DNA of 64,000 nt from an uncultured virus (IMG/VR IMGVR_UViG_3300015608_004663) (IMGVR_UViG_3300015608_004663), one strand, 5' to 3'; shown: positions 10,375-21,585, counted from the stretch's first letter. Notes: generated by a model not told the origin, from the sequence alone. Program-made: numbers and translations.

Positions 10375-11406
10375 ATGAAAGTTATTGTTACTGGCGCAGC
10401 GGGTCTCATTGGTAGACACGTTTGCACAGATATGCTGCTGCGTGGAAACAACGTTGTTGGCATTGATAATGATTCTCGAAAACTATTCTTCGGAGAAGAA
10501 GGCTCTACTGCTAGTGTTATTAGCACACTAACTCAGCACTGCAACTATACACATTTCAATTGTGACGTATCAGATTTTGATGCTATCAAAAATATCTTTA
10601 AAAAACACCCAGCTGATCTTATTGTGCACGCAGCAGCGCAGCCATCACATGATGCCGCAGCAAAATTTCCACTGTTAGATGCGTCTACAAATGTTATGGG
10701 CACGCTTAGCGTGCTTGAAGCTTTTCGCAATGAATGTTCTAGCGCAGTTTTTGTTCATTTATCAACAAACAAAGTTTACGGAGATCATCCAAACAAAGTT
10801 GCGTTGCGCGAACATGAAACAAGATACGATTACGCTGAAGCGATTCATGGGATAGATGAATCTATGTCAACGGCAGGCGGCGTGCACTCTGTGTTTGGCG
10901 TTGCAAAGCTTGCTGCTGAAGCGTATGTTACAGAATACGGTACAAATTTTGGGCTAAAAACTTGCTCATTGCGAGGCGGTTGCTTAACTGGACCTGGTCA
11001 TGCATCAGTTGAGCTTCACGGTTTTCTATCATACATAGTAAAGTGCGCGCTTCTAAACAAGCAGTACACAATCTTTGGTTATAAAGGAAAGCAAGTTAGA
11101 GATCAGTTACACGCTGCAGATGTTGCAGCTCTAATCAGAGCATTATCTGCAACTCCAGTGACTCCAGGATCTGTCTTTAACATCGGCGGCGGCCGAAATA
11201 ATAGCGCGTCAATTCTAGAGTCGATTACACTTATTCACAATCTTCTAAACAAAGATCTAGATTATAGATATTGCGCTACGCCACGAGTTGGTGATCACAT
11301 CTGTTACATCACAGACAATTCAGCGATCACAAAAGCTACTGGCTGGACGCCAAAAATTTCACTACCTGAAATAATTTCTGATATAGCTAACGGCTTTAAT
11401 AAATGA
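10375..11406 (+). CDS. NAD-dependent epimerase/dehydratase, CDP-paratose 2-epimerase (RfbE)-like subfamily
   Basis: TGAAGLIG, HAAAQPSHD, STNKVYGD, GYKGKQVRD. Confidence 0.9.
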   Translation: MKVIVTGAAGLIGRHVCTDMLLRGNNVVGIDNDSRKLFFGEEGSTASVISTLTQHCNYTHFNCDVSDFDAIKNIFKKHPADLIVHAAAQPSHDAAAKFPLLDASTNVMGTLSVLEAFRNECSSAVFVHLSTNKVYGDHPNKVALREHETRYDYAEAIHGIDESMSTAGGVHSVFGVAKLAAEAYVTEYGTNFGLKTCSLRGGCLTGPGHASVELHGFLSYIVKCALLNKQYTIFGYKGKQVRDQLHAADVAALIRALSATPVTPGSVFNIGGGRNNSASILESITLIHNLLNKDLDYRYCATPRVGDHICYITDNSAITKATGWTPKISLPEIISDIANGFNK

Positions 11407-12347
11407 GCTCTAAATTGCTTGCAACGTTTGGAATTGTTAATTGTAACAGATTGCATTATGCAAAATCCCAGATAAAATCATTGATTTTGTCTCTTGGCGC
11501 AGATGCACAAAAGTGTGAACTCATTTTTATTGATAATGCTTCTGTTGAAGAAGGCACTCCAAATTTTTTAAATGAGTTAAACAGTGCAACTGATTTTAAG
11601 CGCACAACTATAATTCAACGAGCAGCAAGAGATCATAAAAATGAATTCGCTGCTGGTTTAAATAGCATTATTGAGCTTGCGCAAGCTGACATTATTATAC
11701 CATTGCAAGGCGATGCACAGTTTGTTAGACACAATTGGTTACAAGATGTTGCGCTAGCAGCACAGAGATCTGATTGTGGGTGCGTTATAATCGATGCGCA
11801 GCGAAGATCGACTCTTGACAAAGCAAGAACTTTTCAAGCACTGATTCAGATCAGTGATTCACTGTTTGTTGATTTGTCTCGCCCCCCAATAGCAGGGGCA
11901 GCAGATGTTGCCTATAAAGCATCAGTCATTCGCAAGTATTATCCTTGGTCTGTTGCGAATGACGCTCATGAAGGAGGATCAGATTCAGAAACAAAGATGC
12001 TAAAAAAGATAAATGAAGATCCAGCAGCTTCTTCTCTTGCGTGCTACATCCTCGCCAATCCAGCAATGTTAACGATTCAAACAGATTCACGTGGAACCAA
12101 TGCTCGTGTTCGCGAAAATCGTCGATATGGCAAATATTTTCCAGCGCCAAAAAACGATCTTTATTATGCAATGAATGATCTGCTATCAGCATCACAAAAT
12201 ATGCTTACCCCGTTCTCAGCAGAAACAGTATCAGATGTGCATCCATCTGTAGAGTGGACTGTATCAAGAGCCCACGATGGTTCTTGGTTAAAGAATCCAA
12301 TCAAACCAGATCTTGCAAGTCCAACTGATTGGGTTGAATTATCATGA
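11403..12347 (+). CDS. Glycosyltransferase family 2-like protein
   Basis: FGIVNCNRLHY...LIFIDNAS...GLN...LQGDAQF. Confidence 0.75.
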   Translation: MSSKLLATFGIVNCNRLHYAKSQIKSLILSLGADAQKCELIFIDNASVEEGTPNFLNELNSATDFKRTTIIQRAARDHKNEFAAGLNSIIELAQADIIIPLQGDAQFVRHNWLQDVALAAQRSDCGCVIIDAQRRSTLDKARTFQALIQISDSLFVDLSRPPIAGAADVAYKASVIRKYYPWSVANDAHEGGSDSETKMLKKINEDPAASSLACYILANPAMLTIQTDSRGTNARVRENRRYGKYFPAPKNDLYYAMNDLLSASQNMLTPFSAETVSDVHPSVEWTVSRAHDGSWLKNPIKPDLASPTDWVELS

Positions 12348-13066
12348 ATAATTTTGTGTTCATTGTTCCGATGAGAAATGCGCACCTCACGCTTGAGCAA
12401 ATGATCAGATCTGTGATTGCGCAATCTTACAAATCATGGCGCGTTATACTAGTTGATGATAACTCTGATGAATCATCTGTGCGTGAAGCACAAAGAATTG
12501 TAACTGCATATAATCTTCTTTTGCAAGAAGACAAAATAATGCTTATAAAGCAAGCAAATCGGCAGTGGGAAACTGCAAACGTGCTTTGCGCTTTAAAGCT
12601 TTGTGCACCGCATGAAATTGTGTGCAGGTTAGATGCTGATGATTGGCTAGTTGATAATGATGCTTTAGCAATTATTGATAGTGCGTACAGTGCTCACAAT
12701 TGTGATGCTTTGTGGACAAAGCACAGATGGGGATTCACTGGATTTAATATCTCTGATGTTCTACCAGAAAGTGCAGACCCTTACAAGCATCCATGGGTGA
12801 CAAGTCACTTAAAGACTTGGAGAGCGCAGCTTTCAGCAAACATAAATGATCTGAATTACAGAGATGCTTCTGGTGCGTATATAAAGCGCGCAGGAGATCA
12901 AGCAATATATTTGCCAGTTCTGTTTCAAGCTCAGCGCAAATTATTTTTGCCGCTTGTTACGTATCATTACACGATTGATATGCGTCATGAGACGTTTTCA
13001 TCAGATGATGCAAAGTTTCAGAAAGCTGAAGCTGAGTTTTTGCGATCTAGAGGATTCGTTAAATGA
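12344..13066 (+). CDS. Glycosyltransferase family 2
   Basis: FIVPMRNA...SVIAQSY...LVDDNSD...RLDADDWL. Confidence 0.9.
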   Translation: MNNFVFIVPMRNAHLTLEQMIRSVIAQSYKSWRVILVDDNSDESSVREAQRIVTAYNLLLQEDKIMLIKQANRQWETANVLCALKLCAPHEIVCRLDADDWLVDNDALAIIDSAYSAHNCDALWTKHRWGFTGFNISDVLPESADPYKHPWVTSHLKTWRAQLSANINDLNYRDASGAYIKRAGDQAIYLPVLFQAQRKLFLPLVTYHYTIDMRHETFSSDDAKFQKAEAEFLRSRGFVK

Positions 13067-13983
13067 AAGTCTACGTATCTCGTGTGATTAGACGCGGCCC
13101 GTGGGGCGGCGGAAACAGATGGTTATTAGCTATATTTGATGCCTTACAACGGCATCAAATTGAAGTCGTGTCATCACCGAGACAAGCAGATGCTATTATA
13201 GTTGCTGGCGTTGAAGATGTCAGCGAGCTTGAGCTTGGAGCTGTGACTCTGTGTCAGTATGCAAAGCAAGCAAAAAAACCAGTATTGTTTCGAATCAACG
13301 ATTGTGATGCAAGAAAAAATACAAAGCACATCAATCAGGCTATTCACGCAGCAAGTCTGCTAGCAACAAAAATCATTTACGTTTCAAATTGGTTAAAAAA
13401 TCATCTTGATCCATTTAATACATTTGATAGCAAATCAGCTGTGATCGTGAATGGTGTTGATCATAGCATCTTTAAGCCTGCTGAAAAACAATCATCACAA
13501 ATGTTTCGAATTGTTACTCATCACTGGTCAGACAACAGATTGAAAGGTGCTTCTTGGTATGAATTCATTGATAGAATGACTCTGTCTGATAACAGCATTG
13601 CTTTTACATTTATCGGTAGACACAAGTGTGCGTTTATTGGAAACACATCTGTCATTCCACCATGCGATGGTCAAGCGCTAGCTACTTTGCTTGCGCAACA
13701 AGATCTGTACGTAAGTGGCTCTGTGTACGATCCCGGTCCAAATCATATTATTGAAGCAGTTAGCTGTGGTTTGCCAGTCATTGCTAGCGCAGATGGAGGT
13801 GCTTGCGTAGAATTTTCTGATGGAATTCACATTGCAAAAGATGAGTCACAGCTTAAATCTTTAATCAACAACAAGCAATTTCACGTAGCTTCTCGCAAAT
13901 TTTCATCTTGGGAATTTTGTGCAGATCAGTACGTGACTGAGATACAAAATTTATGTCACAATATCGATTCGCAGAACTTGTAG
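13063..13983 (+). CDS. Glycosyltransferase family 4 (GT-B)
   Basis: GPWGGGN, IVNGVD, DPGPNHIIEAVSCGLPVI. Confidence 0.9.
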   Translation: MKVYVSRVIRRGPWGGGNRWLLAIFDALQRHQIEVVSSPRQADAIIVAGVEDVSELELGAVTLCQYAKQAKKPVLFRINDCDARKNTKHINQAIHAASLLATKIIYVSNWLKNHLDPFNTFDSKSAVIVNGVDHSIFKPAEKQSSQMFRIVTHHWSDNRLKGASWYEFIDRMTLSDNSIAFTFIGRHKCAFIGNTSVIPPCDGQALATLLAQQDLYVSGSVYDPGPNHIIEAVSCGLPVIASADGGACVEFSDGIHIAKDESQLKSLINNKQFHVASRKFSSWEFCADQYVTEIQNLCHNIDSQNL

Positions 13984-14303
13984 AAAGTGTCGCTCAAGCA
14001 ACTGTAGACTGTTACGTGGGTGATACGTTTAATTCAATCACAGTTGCAAAAATTCAAGCTGATATGCGCGAGCGATTCAAGAAAATGTTTGCAAAAATTA
14101 ACAACCCTATTTCAAATTTAGCAGCTGAGTGGCTGGCCGATGAGCATCTAAAGCTAGCATCAATAAATGGCAAGCAGACAATTGAAGAAATGAATGTTTT
14201 GATTAAAAGCATTCACATAAGCCAATTAAGCACAGCCGACATAGCAATGTTAAAAAAATTATTTCCGTCAAATATTTCTGTGATTGGTGAGAAACTTGTC
14301 TAA
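13953..14303 (+). CDS. Hypothetical protein
   Basis: 116-aa ORF embedded in the glycosylation operon. Confidence 0.6.
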   Translation: MSQYRFAELVESVAQATVDCYVGDTFNSITVAKIQADMRERFKKMFAKINNPISNLAAEWLADEHLKLASINGKQTIEEMNVLIKSIHISQLSTADIAMLKKLFPSNISVIGEKLV

Positions 14304-15240
14304 ATTGCGCATTGCGTTTCACAATGTAGATTTTTCTTCTTCAAGCGGGCCAAATGCATTTTGCACAAGATTGGCAAAAGAATTATTTGCGCAAGATCAT
14401 GTACTAGTGAATCCTGGTGATGTGTGCGATATTGATTTTATCAATATATCAACAAACAGTGTGTGTCGAGGCGCAAAAAAGATTCAGCGATTAGATGGCA
14501 TTTGGACTCGTGGCGTTCAAGACAATGCAGCTAACGCACCTATTTTGCATCATTATAAAACTGCAGATCACGTTATTTGGCAATCTGAGTATGATAGAAA
14601 ATTAATCTCTAGATTTTGGTTTGATAGAAATGGTTCTATCATCAGAAATGGATGTTTCTCTCCTCAGAAAATTGATCTAAATCTTGTTGCGCAGATTAGA
14701 AATCTTGCAGATGTTGTGTTTTGTGCATCAGCGTCTTGGCACGCGCAAAAAAGATTAGAAGCAAACGTGCAAGCTATGCGCAAATATGCGCATCAAACAA
14801 ATAAAAAGTGTTGCTTGCTAGTTCTTGGCGCTCCAGACAAGCAAATATCTGGTTCAGATGTTTATTATTTTTCTCACGCATCAGAAGATACGTGTTTTTC
14901 AGTTTATGCAGCATCAGATGCAATGTTACACTTAGCATGGAGAGATCACTGTCCAAATGCCGTAGTAGAAGCGCTGATCAGCAATACACCTGTTATTTGT
15001 GCATCTTCTGGGGGCACTAAAGAATTATTAGTGCAAAATTCTGGAGTTGTTATTGATGATGCGCAAGATTCAATGATTGACGATCTTGTATTTGATTTTG
15101 ACAAACCTCCGCAGATCAGAATTGATTCGTTTGATTTACCAAAGCGTAATGCATTTAGTACAACAACATACATGATAGAAAACGTTGCTAAACAATATGT
15201 TTCTGTTATGCTAGGATTGTTAAATGAAAAAACGCGGTAA
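14284..15240 (+). CDS. Glycosyltransferase family 4 (GT-B)
   Basis: SGPNAF, QRLDG, DHCPNAVVEALISNTPVICASSGGTKEL. Confidence 0.9.
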   Translation: MVRNLSKLRIAFHNVDFSSSSGPNAFCTRLAKELFAQDHVLVNPGDVCDIDFINISTNSVCRGAKKIQRLDGIWTRGVQDNAANAPILHHYKTADHVIWQSEYDRKLISRFWFDRNGSIIRNGCFSPQKIDLNLVAQIRNLADVVFCASASWHAQKRLEANVQAMRKYAHQTNKKCCLLVLGAPDKQISGSDVYYFSHASEDTCFSVYAASDAMLHLAWRDHCPNAVVEALISNTPVICASSGGTKELLVQNSGVVIDDAQDSMIDDLVFDFDKPPQIRIDSFDLPKRNAFSTTTYMIENVAKQYVSVMLGLLNEKTR

Positions 15241-16231
15241 TGTTATTGTCACTGGTGTGACAGGACAAGATGGATCGTACTTAGCTGAAAAATTGCTTGC
15301 GCTTGGATATGATGTTATAGGAACGCGCCGACACACAACAACGAATTCATCAGAGCATCATAACTTGAAAAGTGCGCACAAAATTGCAAGTGCGCAGAAT
15401 AGACAATTCACAATTGTTGATTTAGATTTAAGCTGCTCATCTGACATCATCACACTAATAAAGTCTACTCAGCCAGCGAAAATTTTTAACATGGCTGCGC
15501 AGTCACATGTAGGCACTTCTTTTCTTCGACCAGAATACACGCTTGACGTGACTGGTGTTGGCGCTGCTAGAATTTTTGAAGCTTGTCTTGAGCACGGACC
15601 AAAATCCTGCAAAATATATCAAGCATCAACAAGTGAAATGTTTGGTGGCACAGCAAGCAACATTCCGCTTAAATCAAACACACCCTTTAATCCAAAATCA
15701 CCATACGCCGCAGCTAAAGTTTTAGCTCATAATTGCGCATCTCTTTATCGAAATCGTGGGCTGTTTGTATCTTGTGGCATACTTTTTAATCACGAAAGTG
15801 AGCGTCGAGGTTTGAATTTTGTCACAAGAAAAGTTACAAATGCATTCGCTGCTATAAAACTAAAAAAGCAAACATCGATTAAATTAGGCTCGCTGTGGCC
15901 TCGACGAGATTGGGGTTACGCAAGTGATTACGTTGATGTTATGATTGCAAGTCTTGACGCTGACGAACCGCGTGATTTTGTTGTTGGAACTGGTGTGTCA
16001 CGAAGCATTGAAGATCTTGTGATCACTGCTGGCAAGATTTTAAATATGAGCGCAGAAGAAGCGCTTTCATATGTGGAAACTGATACATCTCTCATCAGAC
16101 CGCTTGAAGTTGAAAATCTTATAGCTGATACTGATGAAGCTAAGATTTACTACAACTGGCGCGCTATGACATCATTTGAAACAATGATTGACAAAATGAT
16201 CTCAAATGATTTAATGTTATTAGCAAGTTAA
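15224..16231 (+). CDS. gmd: GDP-mannose 4,6-dehydratase
   Basis: TGVTGQDGSYLAE, AAQSHV, QASTSEMFG, SPYAAAK, GILFNHES, RDWGYA. Confidence 0.95.
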   Translation: MKKRGNVIVTGVTGQDGSYLAEKLLALGYDVIGTRRHTTTNSSEHHNLKSAHKIASAQNRQFTIVDLDLSCSSDIITLIKSTQPAKIFNMAAQSHVGTSFLRPEYTLDVTGVGAARIFEACLEHGPKSCKIYQASTSEMFGGTASNIPLKSNTPFNPKSPYAAAKVLAHNCASLYRNRGLFVSCGILFNHESERRGLNFVTRKVTNAFAAIKLKKQTSIKLGSLWPRRDWGYASDYVDVMIASLDADEPRDFVVGTGVSRSIEDLVITAGKILNMSAEEALSYVETDTSLIRPLEVENLIADTDEAKIYYNWRAMTSFETMIDKMISNDLMLLAS

Positions 16232-16233
16232 TT

Positions 16234-17136
16234 ATGAAAGTTTTCATTCATTCTCCAAAAGAAAATTGGATTGTTGATAGAATTGCAGCAGAATTTTCTG
16301 CAGATAATTGTACGATCATTACGCAAGATCATAACGATGCAGATGTTATCTGGGCACCAGCGGGATGGTGCATCGATCAGCTCGCAAACATAGCAAAACC
16401 GATTGTATCTACTGTTCATCATATCGTAGAGCAAAAACCAGAACAGATTGATCACATACTCAAGCATGATCACCTTGTCACTGCGTATCACGTTCCAAAT
16501 CTGCGCACAGAAACAGCTCTACGCAAAATCACAAGCAAGCCAATAATCAAGATTCCATACTGGATCAAGCCCCAACTATGGTCTAGAATCACACCGACCG
16601 ACCGCCAGATGGCTCGCACAAGTCTTAACATTGGTAACTCCATCAAACTGATCGGTTCATTCCAGAGGGACACAGAGGGCTCCAGCGGTGCACCAAAATT
16701 AGAAAAAGGTCCAGATATTTTTTGTGATTATGTAGAAAAGTTAGTGAAAAACGGAGAGAATATTACTGTTCTGCTGACTGGATATCGGCGACAGTACGTG
16801 ATATCTCGATTGATTGCTGCGCAGATCAAATGCACATTCATTGAGAGTGCGCCGCTTGAAGTTATGCGCTGGTTGTATGGTGCTCTTGATCTGTACGTTG
16901 TTTCTTCGCGATGTGAAGGCGGACCGCAGGCTCTCTTAGAGTGCGCTTGCGTCGGCGCACCAATTATTTCAACACCAGTTGGTTTAGCTGAATCAATTTT
17001 AGCGCATGAATCTATTAACAGTGATTTGCTGTTAGCTAGACCAAATGTTAAGTTTGCTGCTGAAAATATTAAAGCGTTTTATGCACAGAATCTGTATTCA
17101 GCGTACAGAAACATGCTGCAGAAAGTTGTGGAGTAA
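16234..17136 (+). CDS. Glycosyltransferase (GT-B/GT4-like)
   Basis: GSFQRDTEG...KGPD...LDLYVVSSRCEGGPQALLEC. Confidence 0.85.
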   Translation: MKVFIHSPKENWIVDRIAAEFSADNCTIITQDHNDADVIWAPAGWCIDQLANIAKPIVSTVHHIVEQKPEQIDHILKHDHLVTAYHVPNLRTETALRKITSKPIIKIPYWIKPQLWSRITPTDRQMARTSLNIGNSIKLIGSFQRDTEGSSGAPKLEKGPDIFCDYVEKLVKNGENITVLLTGYRRQYVISRLIAAQIKCTFIESAPLEVMRWLYGALDLYVVSSRCEGGPQALLECACVGAPIISTPVGLAESILAHESINSDLLLARPNVKFAAENIKAFYAQNLYSAYRNMLQKVVE

Positions 17137-17140
17137 AATA

Positions 17141-18751
17141 ATGTTTGCAGGTCTTTGGTCAGGTCATGATTCTTCATATGCTTTGTTTGATAGTGATGGG
17201 CAGCTTGCGCATCATTGCGAGATCGAGAGACACATGCGTGAGAAAGAGATCGCGTTTGATTCTTTGCAGTTCATGAAGCAGCAAAAGATAGATCTTGCAT
17301 CTATTGATGCGTTTGCAACTTGCTGGTCAACAAATGCAATCAAACGATCACCAGAATTTCAAGCAATCGCACACAAGCGATTGCACGTAATCGGTCATCA
17401 TGAAGCGCACGCTGCAGATGCTAGATTTAGTAGCAAATTTGAATCATGTGCAATTTTAGTGATTGATGGCGGAGGCTATGATGATAATGCAAACACAACA
17501 ATTGCAACAAGCCTTTGGATTTCAAAGAATCCAAATCATCTTGAATCAGTGTTAAAAATTCAAGAGCACGATTTAAACATTGGTGGGATCTGGTCGCGAG
17601 CTACAAGATACGTCTTTGGGCTTGAAAGTGGTTGGCCGCAAGGGCACCAAGCGGGATCTGTAATGGCTATGGCTGCTTTTGGCGATCCAAAAAAATATCA
17701 TGAAAGATTTATGAAAGCATTCACAACCGACAGAGTCAAAGCTCAAGCAGCGCCAGCTGGACACGTTAAAGGCATGTCTGCAAAAGATCCACGTCGACCT
17801 ACGCATAAGTACTTTGCAGATCTAGAGCAGCAAGCAAAAACATCAGAACAAGAAATGTTTGATCTTGCTGCTGGATTGCAAAGTGCTACAGAAACACTTG
17901 TGTTTGAATTAGTTGATCGCGCAAGAAGTGTATCAAAAAATATTTGCTTAACTGGTGGTGTCGCACTGAACACAGTCATCGCTGGCAAGCTGCTGACGCG
18001 CTACCCAGATACTAAATTTTTCATCCCTGCTGTTCCATATGATGGTGGATTGTGTGTCGGCGCTGTTAAGCATATGCTGCACGTAGCTGATAAGCGAAAG
18101 TGGTCACCAAGTGAATCGTGGCACGTACCATATTACGGATCGTCATATGATGCTTCTGCAGATATCAAAGCATTTGCTTTAGACAACAATGATTCATATT
18201 CTATCACAGATGCATCAGATGCAGACGTTATCAAGCTTCTGTCAGAAAACAAAATTGTAGCTGTCTTCAATGGACGATCAGAGTGCGGCCGACGCGCTTT
18301 GGGACACAGAAGCATACTAGCAAATCCAGCGTGTCAAAATATGAAAAATCTTGTAAATGAGCGTGTTAAACACAGACAGCACTACAGACCATTCGCTCCA
18401 GCGATCTTGCGCGAATGTGTATCTGATTGGTTTGAAATTGATGCAGATTCACCGTATATGAGCTTTGTGCTCAAATTTAAATCAAGCGCTGCATTAAAAG
18501 TTCTTGCAGTCGTTCATCATGATGGAACTGCTCGCTTGCAAACACTCACCAAGCTTGATAATGCGTGGTTTTATGATTTTGTAAAGATGTGGTATGAATT
18601 TTCTGGAGTGCCGATGCTACTGAATACGAGTTTTAATGATAGAGAACCTATTTGTGAAACTCCAAAGCACGCTTTGCATTGTTTTAAAAACACTGATATT
18701 GACGCCCTGTATTTTATTAATGAAGGTACGCTTATTTCAAAACGGAGCTAA
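17141..18751 (+). CDS. Carbamoyltransferase, NodU/CmcH/TobZ family
   Basis: GHDSS, HHEAHAA, IDGGG, LTGGVALN, GRRALGHRSIL, RPFAP, HHDGTARLQT, LLNTSFN. Start set at the ATG at 17141. Confidence 0.95.
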   Translation: MFAGLWSGHDSSYALFDSDGQLAHHCEIERHMREKEIAFDSLQFMKQQKIDLASIDAFATCWSTNAIKRSPEFQAIAHKRLHVIGHHEAHAADARFSSKFESCAILVIDGGGYDDNANTTIATSLWISKNPNHLESVLKIQEHDLNIGGIWSRATRYVFGLESGWPQGHQAGSVMAMAAFGDPKKYHERFMKAFTTDRVKAQAAPAGHVKGMSAKDPRRPTHKYFADLEQQAKTSEQEMFDLAAGLQSATETLVFELVDRARSVSKNICLTGGVALNTVIAGKLLTRYPDTKFFIPAVPYDGGLCVGAVKHMLHVADKRKWSPSESWHVPYYGSSYDASADIKAFALDNNDSYSITDASDADVIKLLSENKIVAVFNGRSECGRRALGHRSILANPACQNMKNLVNERVKHRQHYRPFAPAILRECVSDWFEIDADSPYMSFVLKFKSSAALKVLAVVHHDGTARLQTLTKLDNAWFYDFVKMWYEFSGVPMLLNTSFNDREPICETPKHALHCFKNTDIDALYFINEGTLISKRS

Positions 18752-18753
18752 GT

Positions 18754-19701
18754 ATGAAATCAATTGCATGCATTGGTAATGGATTTGTGGGTGGTTCTTT
18801 AACAACGGTGTTTGCTGAACGAGGTGTAAAAGTTTACGTATTTGACAAAGCAAAAAAACTTGCGCCTGGTGGGATTGATATTATCAGCCAAAATCAAGCA
18901 GAGCATAATATCAAAACATTTTTGAAGCTATGTGAAGAAGATCAGAATTTTTCTGGTGTGTTTTTTGTAGCAGTGCCGACACCAATGTCTAAAGACGGAT
19001 CTGCAGATCTGTCAATCATTGAATCAGTTTTAACAGAGCTTGCAGCGGCACGAGGCTCTAAAAAAGAGCGCATTGCAGTGATTAAATCAACCTGTCCACC
19101 AGGATCAACTGATCGCTGGAATGAAATGTTTAAGACTTCTCTTTTAAGAGTGATTTTTAATCCTGAATTTTTGCGTGAAGCATCAGCCGTTGAAGATATG
19201 CGCAATCAAACAAGAATTGTCCTTGGTGGTCTACGACCACACATCAATGTTGTTAAACAGATTTATGAATCAGCGTTTCCTAATGTGCCCATCATTAAAA
19301 CGTCAAGCACAACAGCAGAAATGGTGAAATACGTTACAAACGTACATTTAGCTGTAAAAGTTTCATTAGCTAATGAATTTTATCAGATCTGCCAAGCACT
19401 TGATTCAAATGGTTCAAACATTGATTATGACAAAGTGATTGAATATGCAACTCTTGATGATAGATTAGGAAAATCGCACTGGAAAGTTCCTGGTCCAATG
19501 CCCGCTGATGATACAGGTGAACCGGCTTTTGGATTTGGCGGATCGTGCTTTGTGAAAGATTTAAACGCTTTAATGCATTTAGCTAAACAACTTAATATTT
19601 CTCCACTCACAATGTCTGGAGCTTGGAGCAAGAATCTAGAAGTTAGAAAGCAGCGTGATTGGGAAAAATTGATTGGTCGCGCAATCAGTGATACCAAATA
19701 A
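18754..19701 (+). CDS. UDP-glucose/GDP-mannose dehydrogenase family protein lacking the C-terminal domain
   Basis: IGNGFVG, VPTP, IKST, NPEFLRE, AEMVKY, GFGGSCFVKD; only 315 aa. Confidence 0.9.
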   Translation: MKSIACIGNGFVGGSLTTVFAERGVKVYVFDKAKKLAPGGIDIISQNQAEHNIKTFLKLCEEDQNFSGVFFVAVPTPMSKDGSADLSIIESVLTELAAARGSKKERIAVIKSTCPPGSTDRWNEMFKTSLLRVIFNPEFLREASAVEDMRNQTRIVLGGLRPHINVVKQIYESAFPNVPIIKTSSTTAEMVKYVTNVHLAVKVSLANEFYQICQALDSNGSNIDYDKVIEYATLDDRLGKSHWKVPGPMPADDTGEPAFGFGGSCFVKDLNALMHLAKQLNISPLTMSGAWSKNLEVRKQRDWEKLIGRAISDTK

Positions 19702-19720
19702 ATTGATTGTGAGCAATTAG

Positions 19721-20755
19721 ATGAAAAAAACATATCGAGCATATTCAGTACCTACAGAATCTAATAGATTAATTTTGAAAATTAATGCACCAAAATATGT
19801 TTATGTTCCGTGGGTTCCGTCACGATCACTAATTGCTAATGCATTAACTTCGCCATCTACAGAAGAGATCAGTTTAGAGTGTGATGTTGCTGCATATCGA
19901 AACCAAAGCAAACCAACTAGGTGGTTTCAATATGCACAAAAAGAATTACCAATCACAGTTAAGGTAGCACAACCAAGCGTTGTGTCAAACGGTGATCCTC
20001 TATTTGCTTTAGAATCTGATGATAAAGAGCTGCTAACAGATGTAGCTGAATGGCTCGTTGCGTCAACTACAACACAAGCTACTGTGATGGCTTTAACAGA
20101 TATACGTGAAGCAGTTCGTCGAATTTTTACTCGCGCAGGCAAAACTGATCCATTGTTATTATCTGCAAATTCTTGCATTCTTGCCTCAAGAAACCCAGAG
20201 CAAGAATTTGCAGCTGCGATCGTGTTTAATCAAGCGCCGCACTCAATTGATGGAATATCATCAATTGATTCTCCGAAGTTATATGGACGATCTATTCACA
20301 TAGATTCGTCTATTGTTACCAAAGAATTTGGAGCAGCGCAATTTTCAAACACGACTAATGCTGATATTCCATTGTGGTTCTGTCATTCAGAAAAAGAATT
20401 TGAGTGGGTTTTTAAAAACACAAAATGTATTCCAATAATTCCACAATATCGTGATGTAACTTATATTGCTAATTTTATTAACAAAAAAGATAAATGTGGT
20501 TTAAAATCAGTAGGTAAGCAATATGCATTTTATGCTGTCAATCCATTTGATGCAAAGCAAGGATTCAAAAATATTGTAGATGCGATAACGGGTTGTCCTG
20601 CAGAGTGTATTTCAGTTGTTGATTTTGCATGCAAACCATTAAGCTTTGATCTGTCATCAAGCAATGATGTAGACACAACAAAACTTGTTAACGTTAATGA
20701 TTTAATAACACTAAATCATGATTCTTTCACTAAACTTATGTCTCAATTAACATGA
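19721..20755 (+). CDS. Hypothetical protein
   Basis: 344-aa ORF, ATGA overlap with the next gene. Confidence 0.7.
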   Translation: MKKTYRAYSVPTESNRLILKINAPKYVYVPWVPSRSLIANALTSPSTEEISLECDVAAYRNQSKPTRWFQYAQKELPITVKVAQPSVVSNGDPLFALESDDKELLTDVAEWLVASTTTQATVMALTDIREAVRRIFTRAGKTDPLLLSANSCILASRNPEQEFAAAIVFNQAPHSIDGISSIDSPKLYGRSIHIDSSIVTKEFGAAQFSNTTNADIPLWFCHSEKEFEWVFKNTKCIPIIPQYRDVTYIANFINKKDKCGLKSVGKQYAFYAVNPFDAKQGFKNIVDAITGCPAECISVVDFACKPLSFDLSSSNDVDTTKLVNVNDLITLNHDSFTKLMSQLT

Positions 20756-21585
20756 CAACACAAATTGATTCTGCAGTAACAGAGCAAGTACTTTTACCAA
20801 CTGGTCGACCGCATGTTTCATATTCAGAAGTATCTGAATGGGCAAGATGCAGTTGGAAACACAAATTGAAGCACGTTGATAAAATATCACAAGATGAACC
20901 AAGTCCTTATCTTGTATTTGGTGCATCATTGCACGAAGCTTGTGAATCTCTGCTGCAGCAAAGATCGTATGACGCTGATAAATTAAAGATTCGGTTAGCC
21001 GATGAATGGGAAAAATATAAAGATCATAAAAACTTCGCAAAATGGTCTTTGCAAACAGCGTTACGTGAAGCTACAGATATTTTATCAGAAATTCTTCCTT
21101 TTATGGATAAAACGTTTCCCGGTTGGAAGCTTTTTGATACAGCAGAGATTAAGATTTATGAGCCAATTGCGTCAAATCCTGACATCTTTTTTAAAGGATA
21201 TATTGATTTTGTAATCACAGTGCCGTCAACTAAAGGTGATGTTTTTTGGATTCTTGATTGGAAAACATCATCACGTGGTTGGTTTAAAGATAAAAAAAGT
21301 GATACAATTTTATTGTCTCAGATCATTTTGTATCGACATCATTTTACAGCTATTCAAAATGTTTCTGAACTAGAAGCAAAATGTGGTTATATTGTGCTTA
21401 ATCGCAGTGGAAAGCCTGGAAATAAGTGTGAATTAGTAAAAGTCGCTGCCGGTCCTGTAACTGTTCTTCGAGCATTGAAAATGGTTGAAAATGCTGTGAC
21501 ATCAATTAGGCGTGGGATTGCGATCAAAAATAAGGGTGATAACTGTCGATATTGTGAGTTTAAAGAAACAAAATTTTGTCCGTAA
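20752..21585 (+). CDS. PD-(D/E)XK exonuclease (RecB/AddB/Cas4-like) with probable Fe-S cluster
   Basis: VSYSE...C; G..LHE; KGYIDF; ILDWKT; C-terminal CRYC...C. Confidence 0.9.
   Translation: MTTQIDSAVTEQVLLPTGRPHVSYSEVSEWARCSWKHKLKHVDKISQDEPSPYLVFGASLHEACESLLQQRSYDADKLKIRLADEWEKYKDHKNFAKWSLQTALREATDILSEILPFMDKTFPGWKLFDTAEIKIYEPIASNPDIFFKGYIDFVITVPSTKGDVFWILDWKTSSRGWFKDKKSDTILLSQIILYRHHFTAIQNVSELEAKCGYIVLNRSGKPGNKCELVKVAAGPVTVLRALKMVENAVTSIRRGIAIKNKGDNCRYCEFKETKFCP

Noticed and set aside
20752..21585. Cas4 / CRISPR adaptation gene
   Set aside because: Stand-alone PD-(D/E)XK nucleases of this type are common in large phages; there is no cas1, cas2 or array in the window.
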